This document shows, piece after piece, positions 54,935 to 64,000 of a stretch of 64,000 bases of DNA. A model generated the notes under the pieces. The model saw only the letters and a list, made by a program, of their open reading frames with translations, was not told the DNA's origin and did no database searches. The number at the start of each line of letters is the position of its first letter. Within the stretch, counting starts at the first letter, position 1. The translations under genes and the position numbers were made by a program. Source of the stretch: Treponemataceae bacterium (lineage in GTDB: Bacteria; Spirochaetota; Spirochaetia; Treponematales; Rectinemataceae); assembly GCA_963667725.2 (NCBI GenBank), contig CAXXHO010000005.1, forward strand, positions 736,001 through 800,000, given 5' to 3'.

Positions 54935-56683
54935 TCAGAACTGCTTGGTCAGCAGGTGGAGGTCCACGAGTTTGGTGCCGAAAATCGCTCTGTCGAGATT
55001 GCCGACTCTGGGATGGGTTCCGAAGAGGACGTTTTCATAGACCATCGGGAAGTAGGGCTTGTCGGTCATGAGCTGGGTCTGGACTTTGTCGTAGGCAACT
55101 TTGCGCGCCTTCGGGTCCAGGGTGTAGCGGCCGAGGGCGATGTTGGCGTTGACGATGTCGTTGTTGTAGACGGCGCCGTTCATGCCAGTGCCGATGGAGT
55201 CGCCGTTGTAGATGATGCAGGTGTAGTCGGGGTCGCCAGTGGGGGTGAACCAGCCGGTCACGACCATGTCGTAGCCTTCGCCGGTCTTGCTCATCTGGAT
55301 GATCTGGGAGTTGACCATCGGTGTCACTTTGATGAGGTCGATGCCGAGGGTGGTCTTGACCTGGTCCTTGATGTTGTTGGCGATCTTCACGCGGTCGGTG
55401 ATGTTGCCGACGTCGAGCTGGACGATTTCGGGGGTGAGTTTGGCCCTGAACTCAGGGGAGAGGGCGGCGAACTCGGCCTTGGCCTTCTCGCGGTCGAAGT
55501 ACCAGTCCTTGTCGGTGAATTCGGCGAAAGGAGTGCCGGCGGGAGCGCCCTCGACGTGGCCGAGGAAGCCGGGCTGCATCATCTGGTTGGCGGGAATGGC
55601 GTTGCCGTTGAAGAGGTCTACCTGCCTGATGAAGGGTATGGGATTGATCGAATAGAAAATTGCCTTCCTGAGGTGGGTGGAATCGCCTTCGGTGTATTTG
55701 CCGGAGAGGTCGAGCTTGCCGTTCACCTTCTGTCCGACGAGGTCGGAGTTCATGCTGAACACGCCGTACCAGATCGTGAGGCCGGGCTTGGAGGTGATAT
55801 GGATGCCGGATTTCTCGATGCTCTTGATGTCGAGCTTGGAGAGGTTGAAGGCCATGTCCACTTCGCCGGTGATGAGGACGTTGTTGACCTGGGGCTGTTC
55901 GGACATCGCCCTGAACTGGATGTTCTTGAAGGCCAGGGTTTTGGGGTCATTCCACCAGGCATCGTTCCTGGTGACGTTGACTTCCTGCGGGTTCGGGAAG
56001 GACACGAACTTATAGGGGCCGGTTCCGGTCACGATCTTGGTGCCGTAGTCGGCGCCCGCCGCCTCGACGGTCTGGCTGTCCTCGATACCCGAGCAGTAGT
56101 GAGCGAGGATGTTGAGCGCGGGGCCGTAGGGAGAGGCGACCATGTACTTGGCCCTGTCCGCCCAGGAGGTGAGGGGGATGGTGGCGTATTCGGGGTTCTT
56201 GAGCTTGCCCCAGGTGATTTTCACGGTGTATTCGTCCACTTTCTCGACTGAGAGAATGGCGCTGAACATGGACTTGGAGCTCGACTTGGGGTGATGCAGG
56301 ATGCGGTTGAAGGAGAATACGACGTCGTCGGCGGTGAAGGCGTTTCCGTTGTGGAATTTCACGCCTTTGCGCAGTTTGATCGTATAGACCGAACCGTCTT
56401 TCGACACGAGTCCGTTCTCCACGGTGGGGATGGTATCGGCGAGGACGGGGTAGAACTTATAGTCCGGGGTCATGCCGACGAGTGTTTCGTTGATTTCGCG
56501 CATAACCTGCGCTTCGTTCAGGGTCGTGTAGAGGTTCGGGTCGAGGGGCTGGGGCGCGGCCGCCAGGACGAACACGAGGGTGTCCGCGTCGCGGTTGCGG
56601 AGCGCGGGGCCCTTGGCTCCCTGGGCGAAGACGACGCCGCCCATCATGAGAGCGATGACTAAAACCGTCACTAGTTTTTTCAT
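54935..56683 (-). CDS. oppA: Peptide ABC transporter substrate-binding protein (family 5)
   Basis: Signal peptide; LDP, LRKGVKFHNG..FTADDV, GTGPYK. Confidence 0.88.
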   Translation of the reverse strand: MKKLVTVLVIALMMGGVVFAQGAKGPALRNRDADTLVFVLAAAPQPLDPNLYTTLNEAQVMREINETLVGMTPDYKFYPVLADTIPTVENGLVSKDGSVYTIKLRKGVKFHNGNAFTADDVVFSFNRILHHPKSSSKSMFSAILSVEKVDEYTVKITWGKLKNPEYATIPLTSWADRAKYMVASPYGPALNILAHYCSGIEDSQTVEAAGADYGTKIVTGTGPYKFVSFPNPQEVNVTRNDAWWNDPKTLAFKNIQFRAMSEQPQVNNVLITGEVDMAFNLSKLDIKSIEKSGIHITSKPGLTIWYGVFSMNSDLVGQKVNGKLDLSGKYTEGDSTHLRKAIFYSINPIPFIRQVDLFNGNAIPANQMMQPGFLGHVEGAPAGTPFAEFTDKDWYFDREKAKAEFAALSPEFRAKLTPEIVQLDVGNITDRVKIANNIKDQVKTTLGIDLIKVTPMVNSQIIQMSKTGEGYDMVVTGWFTPTGDPDYTCIIYNGDSIGTGMNGAVYNNDIVNANIALGRYTLDPKARKVAYDKVQTQLMTDKPYFPMVYENVLFGTHPRVGNLDRAIFGTKLVDLHLLTKQF

Positions 56684-56799
56684 GCTGATTTCCTCCCTTG
56701 GAAACAGTGAAAGTGTAAGGCTGCTACGCGGCCTACATGGACAACACAAAAGCGCGGCGAGGTTCCGCTTGCGGGCAGGACGCTCCCGATCGCTTCTTT

Positions 56800-57642
56800 T
56801 CAGGTGAACGCGGCGAATTTGCCGCCCAGCATGGCCACGACGTGGAGCATGCGGTAGATCTCCCGGAAGTCGCCGCTGGAATAGCGCACCGAGCGCCCGG
56901 AGGTTCTCGCAAGGCCGGGAATCGCGGCTACGGCGTCGGCCACCACGGTGGACGAGAGTTCTATGTCGAGCCGGGTCGCGGCCGAAGCGGGAAGGGCCTT
57001 GAACGCGGAAAGACCGTCGAGGGCCTTCGAAGCGCCCGCGACGAACTCGCCTTCGAGCCTTTCCGGCGCGTACATTTTTCCGGCGAACCGGCCAAGGCCT
57101 TCCTTGGTCCTCACGTAGACGGGCATCGGTTCAAAACGGCCCTCAAGCTGGGACTCGAGGATATTGTCGCCCGAGATGAAGCAAACCGGGACGCCGTAGA
57201 AGCCGGCCAGCCTGGCGTTGATCTCCGTCTCGCCCGATTCCACGCCGTCCAGCCGCACGCGGTAGATGCAGGAAGCCGAATAGGAATGGTCCATCATGCC
57301 GCCCTCGGAACCTATCGACGCGTGGTAGCCGACGAGGAAAAGGCCGGAATAGCTTTCGTCCAGGCCTTCCAGCATGTAATAGGGGCGAGGATAGCCGCGC
57401 ACCATGGTGACGCGGGGATCGCCGAAGCCTTTGAAAGGGACGCCTTCGCCCCTGGCGTGGGAATCGCAGACGCAGATTTCCTCGATTTCGGCGTCGCGCG
57501 GCGAGGCCGCGATGCCGCGCAGGATCCAAGATATCTCCTGCCAGGCGCGTTCGTAGTTGGCGGCTCTGGATGGTCCCTCCAGGTCGCTCCAGGAGGTGGT
57601 TCCATGGATACCTTCCATGTCGACTGATATAAAAAGCTTCAT
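56800..57642 (-). CDS. dppA: M55 D-aminopeptidase
   Basis: ISVDMEGI, DSH, VGYHA, HSY, ISGD. Confidence 0.9.
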   Translation of the reverse strand: MKLFISVDMEGIHGTTSWSDLEGPSRAANYERAWQEISWILRGIAASPRDAEIEEICVCDSHARGEGVPFKGFGDPRVTMVRGYPRPYYMLEGLDESYSGLFLVGYHASIGSEGGMMDHSYSASCIYRVRLDGVESGETEINARLAGFYGVPVCFISGDNILESQLEGRFEPMPVYVRTKEGLGRFAGKMYAPERLEGEFVAGASKALDGLSAFKALPASAATRLDIELSSTVVADAVAAIPGLARTSGRSVRYSSGDFREIYRMLHVVAMLGGKFAAFT

Positions 57643-58505
57643 GCGTTCTCCCTGACTTCCTGTATGGAAGCGTAGCCGCTCTGCTGCATCGTCAGCGTCT
57701 GCGACCTGGCTTCGATCGACGTGTCCTTGGATCCCAGGAAGACCGTATGGACGAGAATGTTCAATATAGAGACGAGACCGACGTAGGAATTGGAGAGGAG
57801 AAGGGAGTTCGTATCGCACTTCACGACATTGTCCGCGAGAGAATAGATGGGGCAGACGGCCGAATCGGTGAAAAGCTGGAGAATCCCTCCCTTTTCCTTC
57901 ACCACCTTGGCGACATGGCGGACTTCATCGGAATAAGGCGGAAAGGTCAGGATGAACATGACATCCTCAGCCGTGAAGGTGCGGAGGCGGGGCGAGTAGT
58001 CGGAAACCGAGCCCGATATGATCATCACGTCCTTGTTGATCGAACTCATGAGGGTATACTCGAAGGTCCGGGCGAGATGGCCGGAGACGCCGAAGCCGCA
58101 GATGAAAATCCTCCGCGAGTTCCGGATGGAATCGGCCATGCTCTGGAGTTCGGATATCTTGATGTTGTCGAAGGTATTGCGGAGGTTGTTAATTTCGTTG
58201 AGAAAGAGTTTCTGCAGCCGCTTTTCTTCCGGAAGAAGGTCGAGTTCGCGGAGCGCGATCTTCTCGTAGGGGCTCAGGCGGAACTTTATCTCATCCTGGA
58301 TTTCGCGCTTGAAGCTCTGGTACCCGTCGAGGTCCAGGCTCTTCGCGAAGCGGACCAGGGAGGCGTTGCTGACGCCGATGGCCTTGCTGATGACATAGAT
58401 GGAAGCGAAAGCGACGCTCTGCTCGTGGTCGAGGATATAGGAGCCTATCTTCCTGAAATTCGGAGGCATGTCGGGAAGCGCTTTCTTTATTTTTGCGAGT
58501 ATCAT
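57639..58505 (-). CDS. MurR/RpiR-family transcriptional regulator
   Basis: GVSNASLVRFAKSLDLDGY HTH plus SIS domain. Confidence 0.92.
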   Translation of the reverse strand: MILAKIKKALPDMPPNFRKIGSYILDHEQSVAFASIYVISKAIGVSNASLVRFAKSLDLDGYQSFKREIQDEIKFRLSPYEKIALRELDLLPEEKRLQKLFLNEINNLRNTFDNIKISELQSMADSIRNSRRIFICGFGVSGHLARTFEYTLMSSINKDVMIISGSVSDYSPRLRTFTAEDVMFILTFPPYSDEVRHVAKVVKEKGGILQLFTDSAVCPIYSLADNVVKCDTNSLLLSNSYVGLVSILNILVHTVFLGSKDTSIEARSQTLTMQQSGYASIQEVRENA

Positions 58506-58530
58506 CCTGTTTCGGCCTTTTAGAGCGATA

Positions 58531-58578
58531 TGAAACTATTGTTTCTCAAGTCTTACATGCCGAAACTATGGTGTCAAG
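58531..58578 (-). promoter_or_regulatory. Tandem operator-like palindromes and -35 box upstream of RpiR regulator
   Basis: TGAAACTATTGTTTC (58531) and CGAAACTATGGTGTC (58561); the second overlaps a minus-strand TTGACA. Confidence 0.55.
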
Positions 58579-58605
58579 CAAAAACTCTCAAATACCGAAA
58601 AATTC

Positions 58606-59715
58606 TCAGCCCTTGAAGATTTTCACGCATACGGGTGTGGGAACCTTCAGCTCTGTACCGGAGAATTCGAGCAGCCCGGTAGCCATGTCGACGCTGTAGA
58701 GAACGATCTGGTCCGTGTCCTGGTTGGCCACAAGCAGCCACCGTCCCGTGGCGTCCAGGGTGAAATTGCGCGGTACCCCGCCCCTCGTGGATTCATGGCC
58801 AAGGGCCTCGAGCCGTCCCGTCGCCTCGTCTATCGAGAAGATGGCGATGCTGTCGTGGCCCCGGTTCGAGGCGTAGAGAAAGCGCCCCGAAGCCCCGATG
58901 TGGAGATCGGCGCAGGTGCTGGAACCTTTGTAGTCCGCGGGGAGGGTCGAGATTTCCTGAAAAGCGCTCAAGGTCATCGCCTGGGCGTCGTAGGCGGAAG
59001 CGGTTATTGTCGAACCGAGTTCGTTGACCGTGTAGGCGAAGCGCCCGTTTCCATGGATTTCCATATACCGAGGCCCAGCGCCGGGAATGGAAGGGGCGCT
59101 CCGGGTTGGATTGGCGGCGATGCGGCCGCTATTCTCGTCAAAATCATAGGCGACTATCGAGTCAAGGCCCAGGTCGGGGACGAAGATGGTCCGGTTGGAG
59201 GAATCGAATATGATGGAGTGGGCGTGGGGGCCAGCCTGACGCGCCGCGTCGAGGCTGCGGCCCGCATGCTGCGCGACGCTGCTCGATTCCCCGAGGCTTC
59301 CGTCGGGCCGCAGCGGGAAGACAGCCACGCTCCCCGACATGAAATTGGCGACGACGGCGAATTTCTCCCGCTGATCGAGGGCTACAAAGCAGGGATCGGT
59401 GCCCCCCGTGAGCCGGCTATTCAGGAAGGTCAGGCTGCCAGAAGCGGGATCGAAGGCGAAAGCGCTGATCATCCCTGAATCCTGGCCCTCGGCCCACTTG
59501 AGCTCGTTGACGGCGTAGACAAATTTGAGATCGCGCGTCGCCGTGAGAAATGAAGGATTCACGACGCCTTTCGTCAGGGAGGAAAACCGGAACTTTCCCT
59601 TCTCCGGATCGAATCGATAGCAGTAGATGCCTTCGCCCTTGCCCTCGAGAATCCTGCCGGTTCCGAAGCGTATGGGCTCGGTATAGGTGCCCACGAGCAG
59701 GGTGAGTTCTTTCAT
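58606..59715 (-). CDS. 6-phosphogluconolactonase-family beta-propeller lactonase
   Basis: VGTYT, NPSF, PHAH, GAGPR, YASNRGHDS, PRNF. Confidence 0.92.
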   Translation of the reverse strand: MKELTLLVGTYTEPIRFGTGRILEGKGEGIYCYRFDPEKGKFRFSSLTKGVVNPSFLTATRDLKFVYAVNELKWAEGQDSGMISAFAFDPASGSLTFLNSRLTGGTDPCFVALDQREKFAVVANFMSGSVAVFPLRPDGSLGESSSVAQHAGRSLDAARQAGPHAHSIIFDSSNRTIFVPDLGLDSIVAYDFDENSGRIAANPTRSAPSIPGAGPRYMEIHGNGRFAYTVNELGSTITASAYDAQAMTLSAFQEISTLPADYKGSSTCADLHIGASGRFLYASNRGHDSIAIFSIDEATGRLEALGHESTRGGVPRNFTLDATGRWLLVANQDTDQIVLYSVDMATGLLEFSGTELKVPTPVCVKIFKG

Positions 59716-60653
59716 CAACCTAGCCTCGTGACGATTTTCACCGCCTCGATTATGAACCGATCCCGCTTTTCCATGTCGGCTTCCATGCTTCGCTGACTCC
59801 AATCATAGAAACCCTTGCCGGTTTTGGCGCCGAGGTCGCCATTTTTAACCAGGTTCCTGATGTAATCGTTGGCGTGTTTTTCGGCGCAGATGTCGGGGAG
59901 GACAGTCTCCTGCACGGAGAGACCGAGCTCCAGGCCAACGGCGTCCAGGTGTTTCAAGGGACCCCATACGGGGAATCGCATGGCCATTCCGCAGCTGATG
60001 GCGGTGTCCACGTCTTCAGCGGAGGCGAGTCCCGATGCCACGATATCTACCGATTCACGGATGATCGCCTGGAATACGCGGTTCGCGAGCTGGCCGGGAA
60101 GATCCTTTTTCACGAGTACGGGAGATTTCTTCCATTTTTTCAGTTCATCCAGCACCCTCTCCGCCACGGCCACCTCCGTTTTATCGCCCATTACCACTTC
60201 GACGAGGGGAACGAGATGGGCTGGCAGCCAAAAATGGGTGGTGACCGCGCGCTCAGGATGAGCGCACTTCGCGCTTATGTCCGTAATCCTCAATCCGCTG
60301 GTGTTGCTACAGATCGGGACATCGACCGGAAGCATCGCGTCCAGCTGAGCGAACAGTTCCTGCTTCGCGCTCATTTTCTCTATGATAGCTTCCACAACCA
60401 TGCGCGCCTTGCTCGCGGCTTCGGGCATATTCGCGCTGGTTTCCAGCAGCGCCACCGCCTTCTGGCATTCCGCGGGAGTGTTCAATCCATTGGCTTCCCT
60501 GACCTGGATGCATGCTCGCGCCTTGTCCAAACCCGCCTGGACCCGCGTCTCATCCACGTCCAAAAGTATGGTCTTGTTCCCGGCAAGCGCGCTCATGGCT
60601 CCGATGCCGCTTCCCATCATGCCGCTGCCTACTACTACTACATAATCTCGCAT
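59715..60653 (-). CDS. 3-hydroxyacyl-CoA dehydrogenase family protein
   Basis: GSGMMG, EAIIE, SNTSG, HFWLP, PLVEV. Confidence 0.88.
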   Translation of the reverse strand: MRDYVVVVGSGMMGSGIGAMSALAGNKTILLDVDETRVQAGLDKARACIQVREANGLNTPAECQKAVALLETSANMPEAASKARMVVEAIIEKMSAKQELFAQLDAMLPVDVPICSNTSGLRITDISAKCAHPERAVTTHFWLPAHLVPLVEVVMGDKTEVAVAERVLDELKKWKKSPVLVKKDLPGQLANRVFQAIIRESVDIVASGLASAEDVDTAISCGMAMRFPVWGPLKHLDAVGLELGLSVQETVLPDICAEKHANDYIRNLVKNGDLGAKTGKGFYDWSQRSMEADMEKRDRFIIEAVKIVTRLG

Positions 60654-60657
60654 ATCG

Positions 60658-61707
60658 TTAATCTCGCTTCCCCGCGGGCATCATAAGCACGACACGTCCC
60701 TTGGCTTCCCCAGTTCTCAGCATGTTCAATCCCTCATTGATCCGCTCGAAGGGGATGGCTTTGTACACGAAGGGAACGATCTTTCGCGTTTCCACCAGGC
60801 CGATCACCTCGACAAGGTCGAGCTTGGTCATGCCCCTCATCCCCAGGATCTCCTTTTCGAATTTCATGATATTTTGGTAGTCCGCCTCGAAGGATGGATC
60901 GTTATACCCGGAGACGATCACGCGTCCGCCCGCGCACAACAGTTTCAGGGCGTCGTTTATGGAAGATTTGATCCCGATATTGTCGATCACCACATCGCAC
61001 ATTTCACCTTGCGTCAGACGGACAATTTCCTCATGCAGGTCCTGTTCCTTCGTGTTGATGACGGCGTCCGCGCCCATGCTCAGGGAAATATCCAGTTTTT
61101 CCTTCTGGCGGCTCGTGGCGTACACTTCCGCCCCGAATATCTTGGCTATCTGGATGGCGTTCATACCGAGCCCGCCCGTTCCCAGAATCAGGACCCGGTC
61201 TCCCGGCCTGACCCTCGCCCTGTTCTTTATCGCGTTGTACATGCAGCCGACCGCGTCCGTGATGCTGGTCATCTGGTCAAAGGGCACCCAATCGGCGACC
61301 TTGAAGGCATTTGCCGCGGGGATCACGCAATATTCCTGGTGGGAACCGTCCCGCTCAAAACCCACCCGCACCAGATTCCTGCACAGGTTGCTGCGCCCGC
61401 TGAGGCAGTATCTGCAGTTGCCGCAGGTGATATCTATGGCGCTGACCACGTGATCGCCAATTTTCACCCTCGTGACGCCTTCGCCCACTTGGGCGATGAT
61501 GCCGGCCATTTCATGACCCGGCGTGTAGGGCAGCCTCACCGTTCCGATGATTCCGTCCTGAATATGGAGATCGGATACGCACAATCCGCTCGCGCAGACC
61601 TTCACCAGCACCTCGCCGGGACCAGGGGAGGGAATCGGCTTCTCCTCGATTGTCAGCGGCTGTCCGAACTGCCGGAGGATCGCGGACTTCATCATCTCGT
61701 TGTTCAT
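60658..61707 (-). CDS. Zinc-dependent alcohol dehydrogenase (MDR)
   Basis: GLCVSD, GHEMAG, CGNCRYC..C, GTGGLG. Confidence 0.92.
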   Translation of the reverse strand: MNNEMMKSAILRQFGQPLTIEEKPIPSPGPGEVLVKVCASGLCVSDLHIQDGIIGTVRLPYTPGHEMAGIIAQVGEGVTRVKIGDHVVSAIDITCGNCRYCLSGRSNLCRNLVRVGFERDGSHQEYCVIPAANAFKVADWVPFDQMTSITDAVGCMYNAIKNRARVRPGDRVLILGTGGLGMNAIQIAKIFGAEVYATSRQKEKLDISLSMGADAVINTKEQDLHEEIVRLTQGEMCDVVIDNIGIKSSINDALKLLCAGGRVIVSGYNDPSFEADYQNIMKFEKEILGMRGMTKLDLVEVIGLVETRKIVPFVYKAIPFERINEGLNMLRTGEAKGRVVLMMPAGKRD

Positions 61708-61728
61708 AGCTTTACCTCAATCTTCTTG

Positions 61729-62823
61729 TCAGGGGTGTATCACCACTTTCAAAGAACCGTCCCTCTTGTTTTCGAATACATCCACAGCCTTTTCATAGTC
61801 CTCCAGAGGGAAGCTGTGGGTAATGAGTTTCTCGGCTTGGATCGCGCCCGATGAGATCATGCGGAGCACCTGATCCGATACGTTGGGATTGGCTTTCGAT
61901 CCCACGATCCGGATTTCGTTGAAATTGACGGTATTCGCGGGAATCAGGACCTTGTCGTCATGATAAGTGGCTATGATGGCGACCGAACCCGTCTTGCGAA
62001 CCATCTTGCATGCCTTCATGGGAGAATCCATCGCTCCCGAGCACTCCATGACCTCATCAGCGCCCACGCCCTCCGTCAGTTCAAGCACGCGCTTTACGGG
62101 ATCTTCCTTTTCGAAATCGACGCAGACATCGGCGCCCATCTCAGCGGCTATCGCCAGCTTCGCCCCGCGGCCTATCATAATCACGCGGCCCGAACCGAGG
62201 GCCTTGCATTCCATCATCGCGCACAGTCCAATGGCTCCCGGGCCGAAGACCACGCTCGTTCCGCCAGGGGTGACGCCCGCGAGCAGTACGCCATGGAGAG
62301 CGACGCCAGCGCAGTCGCACATGGCGGCCGCGTCATAGCTCACATTGTCCGGAATCTTGTGAAGCGCCCCCACCTTATAGACGTTGTACTCGGCGTTCGC
62401 GCCCTGCCAGTAGAATCCATAATGGCGGTGCCCCGTATCGAGCGCGCCATTTCTCCCGTCTTTTCCGTAGTTCAGGCAGACGGTATAGTGCCCTTTCTTG
62501 CAGTTGTCGCATTTTCCGCAGCCCGCGTGGGCTTCGCCGGCGACCCTGTCCCCAGGCATGAAATCTTTGACGCCAGCCCCGACGGCCACGACCTGTCCTG
62601 ACCACTCGTGTCCCATGATGAAGGGATAGTACGGCGGCCAATTGGCGAACTTATAGCCCCCGTGGATCATCTTGGGGTCCGAGCCGCAGATCGCCACGGA
62701 TTTTATCCGGCAGAGCACCTCGCCAGGATCAGGTTTTGGCACCGGGACTTCAGCTCGTTCCAAAGTATCGTAGGCAACGAGCCTCATCGCTTTCATCGTC
62801 TCCGGTACTTCGAATTTTTCCAT
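61729..62823 (-). CDS. Zinc-dependent polyol/sugar dehydrogenase (MDR)
   Basis: ICGSD, GHEWSG, CGKCDNC..C, GPGAIG. Confidence 0.92.
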   Translation of the reverse strand: MEKFEVPETMKAMRLVAYDTLERAEVPVPKPDPGEVLCRIKSVAICGSDPKMIHGGYKFANWPPYYPFIMGHEWSGQVVAVGAGVKDFMPGDRVAGEAHAGCGKCDNCKKGHYTVCLNYGKDGRNGALDTGHRHYGFYWQGANAEYNVYKVGALHKIPDNVSYDAAAMCDCAGVALHGVLLAGVTPGGTSVVFGPGAIGLCAMMECKALGSGRVIMIGRGAKLAIAAEMGADVCVDFEKEDPVKRVLELTEGVGADEVMECSGAMDSPMKACKMVRKTGSVAIIATYHDDKVLIPANTVNFNEIRIVGSKANPNVSDQVLRMISSGAIQAEKLITHSFPLEDYEKAVDVFENKRDGSLKVVIHP

Positions 62824-62842
62824 CGTTTCCCCCTGCATTCGT

Positions 62843-63628
62843 TCAGTCCCGTGAAGAGTGATCATCGTCCGTCGTAAAAACGTTTTTCACGTACTTCTGC
62901 TCTTTCAGCGCTTCGATTTCTTCCTTCGTGTGGGTCTTGGTATACTCGATATAATCCTTGACGCGGAGGATAAGATTCTTGATGTGGCAATCCATCATGT
63001 AGGCGGCCTCATCGGGTTTGTGCTGTTTGATGCAGTTAAACACCATATAGTGATAAAAGCTGGAATCTTCGACATTCGGCTTATAATAAAGGAAGTTTTC
63101 CATTTTCGAGGTCATGATCCAGCGGATCAGCTCGAGAAGCCTGACGAAGAGTTCGTTCTTCGAGGCTACTGCTATCTCCACGTGAAAATCGCTCGTCAGC
63201 TGAGCGAATTCCTGGCTGCTCGTATTGCTTTTATGTATCTCCTCGAAATAGCGTTCCATGCCTTTTATGTCTTCATCGGTCGCGTTGACGGCGGCAAGGC
63301 GGGCCGAAGCCATCTCCAGGCCGCGCCTGAACTCCACCAACCCGAGGAGGTCGTCTTCGTTCAAGAGCACCGAGGGGACAAAGCTGTTCACGTAGATCTG
63401 GGTTCCGATTCCCTTGAGGAAACTGCCCTCTCCCCTGCGCGTCTCCACTATTCCCATAACGACGAGCTTATTCAGCACCGTACGGATCGTGTTCCTGCTC
63501 ACCCCGAATATATCCTTGAGTTCGTTTTCGGAGGGGAGTTTGTCCCCGGGTACGTATTTCCCGCTCAACAGGAGGCGCATTACCTCGTTATAGGCCTTAT
63601 CGGTTACGTTCTGCTTTGTCATGTCCAA
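62843..63628 (-). CDS. GntR/FadR-family regulator
   Basis: PGDKLPSENEL..FGVSRNTIR, RRGEGS, FCD domain. Confidence 0.93.
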   Translation of the reverse strand: MDMTKQNVTDKAYNEVMRLLLSGKYVPGDKLPSENELKDIFGVSRNTIRTVLNKLVVMGIVETRRGEGSFLKGIGTQIYVNSFVPSVLLNEDDLLGLVEFRRGLEMASARLAAVNATDEDIKGMERYFEEIHKSNTSSQEFAQLTSDFHVEIAVASKNELFVRLLELIRWIMTSKMENFLYYKPNVEDSSFYHYMVFNCIKQHKPDEAAYMMDCHIKNLILRVKDYIEYTKTHTKEEIEALKEQKYVKNVFTTDDDHSSRD

Positions 63629-63648
63629 GAATTTATACCTCCGGAATC

Positions 63649-64000
63649 CTATCGCCTTTTGATGTACTTCTGCGTATCGACGGCTATCGCCAAGACGATT
63701 ATGATTCCCTTGATTATGTATTGTATATACGGATTGATATTCATATAGACGAGACAGTAGCTGAGCACTTGGAATATAAGGACGCCGATCACGACTCCGC
63801 TTATTTTTCCCACGCCGCCCCGGAGGGAGACTCCGCCCACGACGCAGGAAGCGATCGCGTCCAGTTCGTAGCCTTCGCCGAGGCCGTTGGTCGCGCTTCC
63901 TGTCCTGCCGGCATCCAGGAATCCGGCTAAGGCGTAGGTGATTCCCGCGATGAGGTAGGCGAACATTATGACTCTTTTGGTGTTCACGCCGGAGACGATG
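63649..64000 (-). CDS. Sugar ABC permease, MglC-like (5' end beyond window edge)
   Basis: GYELDAIASCVVGGVSLRGGVG, QYIIKG. Confidence 0.88.
   Translation of the reverse strand, partial: IVSGVNTKRVIMFAYLIAGITYALAGFLDAGRTGSATNGLGEGYELDAIASCVVGGVSLRGGVGKISGVVIGVLIFQVLSYCLVYMNINPYIQYIIKGIIIVLAIAVDTQKYIKRR

Noticed and set aside
42484..56251. Long alternate-frame or antisense ORFs (42484-44250, 51906-53885, 54896-56251 and others)
   Set aside because: Shadow frames of GC-rich genes with no recognisable motifs.
1..64000. tRNA, rRNA, riboswitch or prophage genes
   Set aside because: None recognised by eye; a covariance-model scan was not possible.

Overview
Mostly GC-rich bacterial chromosomal segment; gene content suggests an anaerobe, possibly a spirochaete (inference only). 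Left to right: an AT-rich flavin oxidoreductase running off the edge; nested IS remnants; a UDP-uronic acid cluster (ugd, UDP-glucuronate 4-epimerase, a kinase with plant galacturonokinase motifs, a nucleotidyltransferase); an ~11.5 kb accessory array (6.7-18.3 kb); an mtnK-aldolase-mtnA salvage operon with ABC importer and aldehyde:ferredoxin oxidoreductase; an ECF sigma/anti-sigma pair; a DEAD-box helicase; a surface polysaccharide operon with two apparent fusions; a D-aminopeptidase/oligopeptide ABC operon; and a sugar-oxidation operon. The stand-out is the array. Each gene unit (decayed NYN nuclease, AbiE-like pair, six AAA+/DUF4143-type ATPase-nuclease paralogues, one GxxExxY nuclease) is separated from the next by a co-oriented 60-160 bp hairpin repeat with terminal inverted repeats GACAGGATAACAGGA...TCCTGTTATCCTGTC. 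I count 17 full, half or divergent copies in the window, and no integrase, RAYT or cas gene. It looks like an integron-like cassette array built on an unfamiliar repeat, with the GxxExxY protein as candidate cognate enzyme (hypothesis). Family calls come from motif recognition by eye, with no database searches. Several start codons were re-called because the ORF track extends them into repeats or upstream genes.
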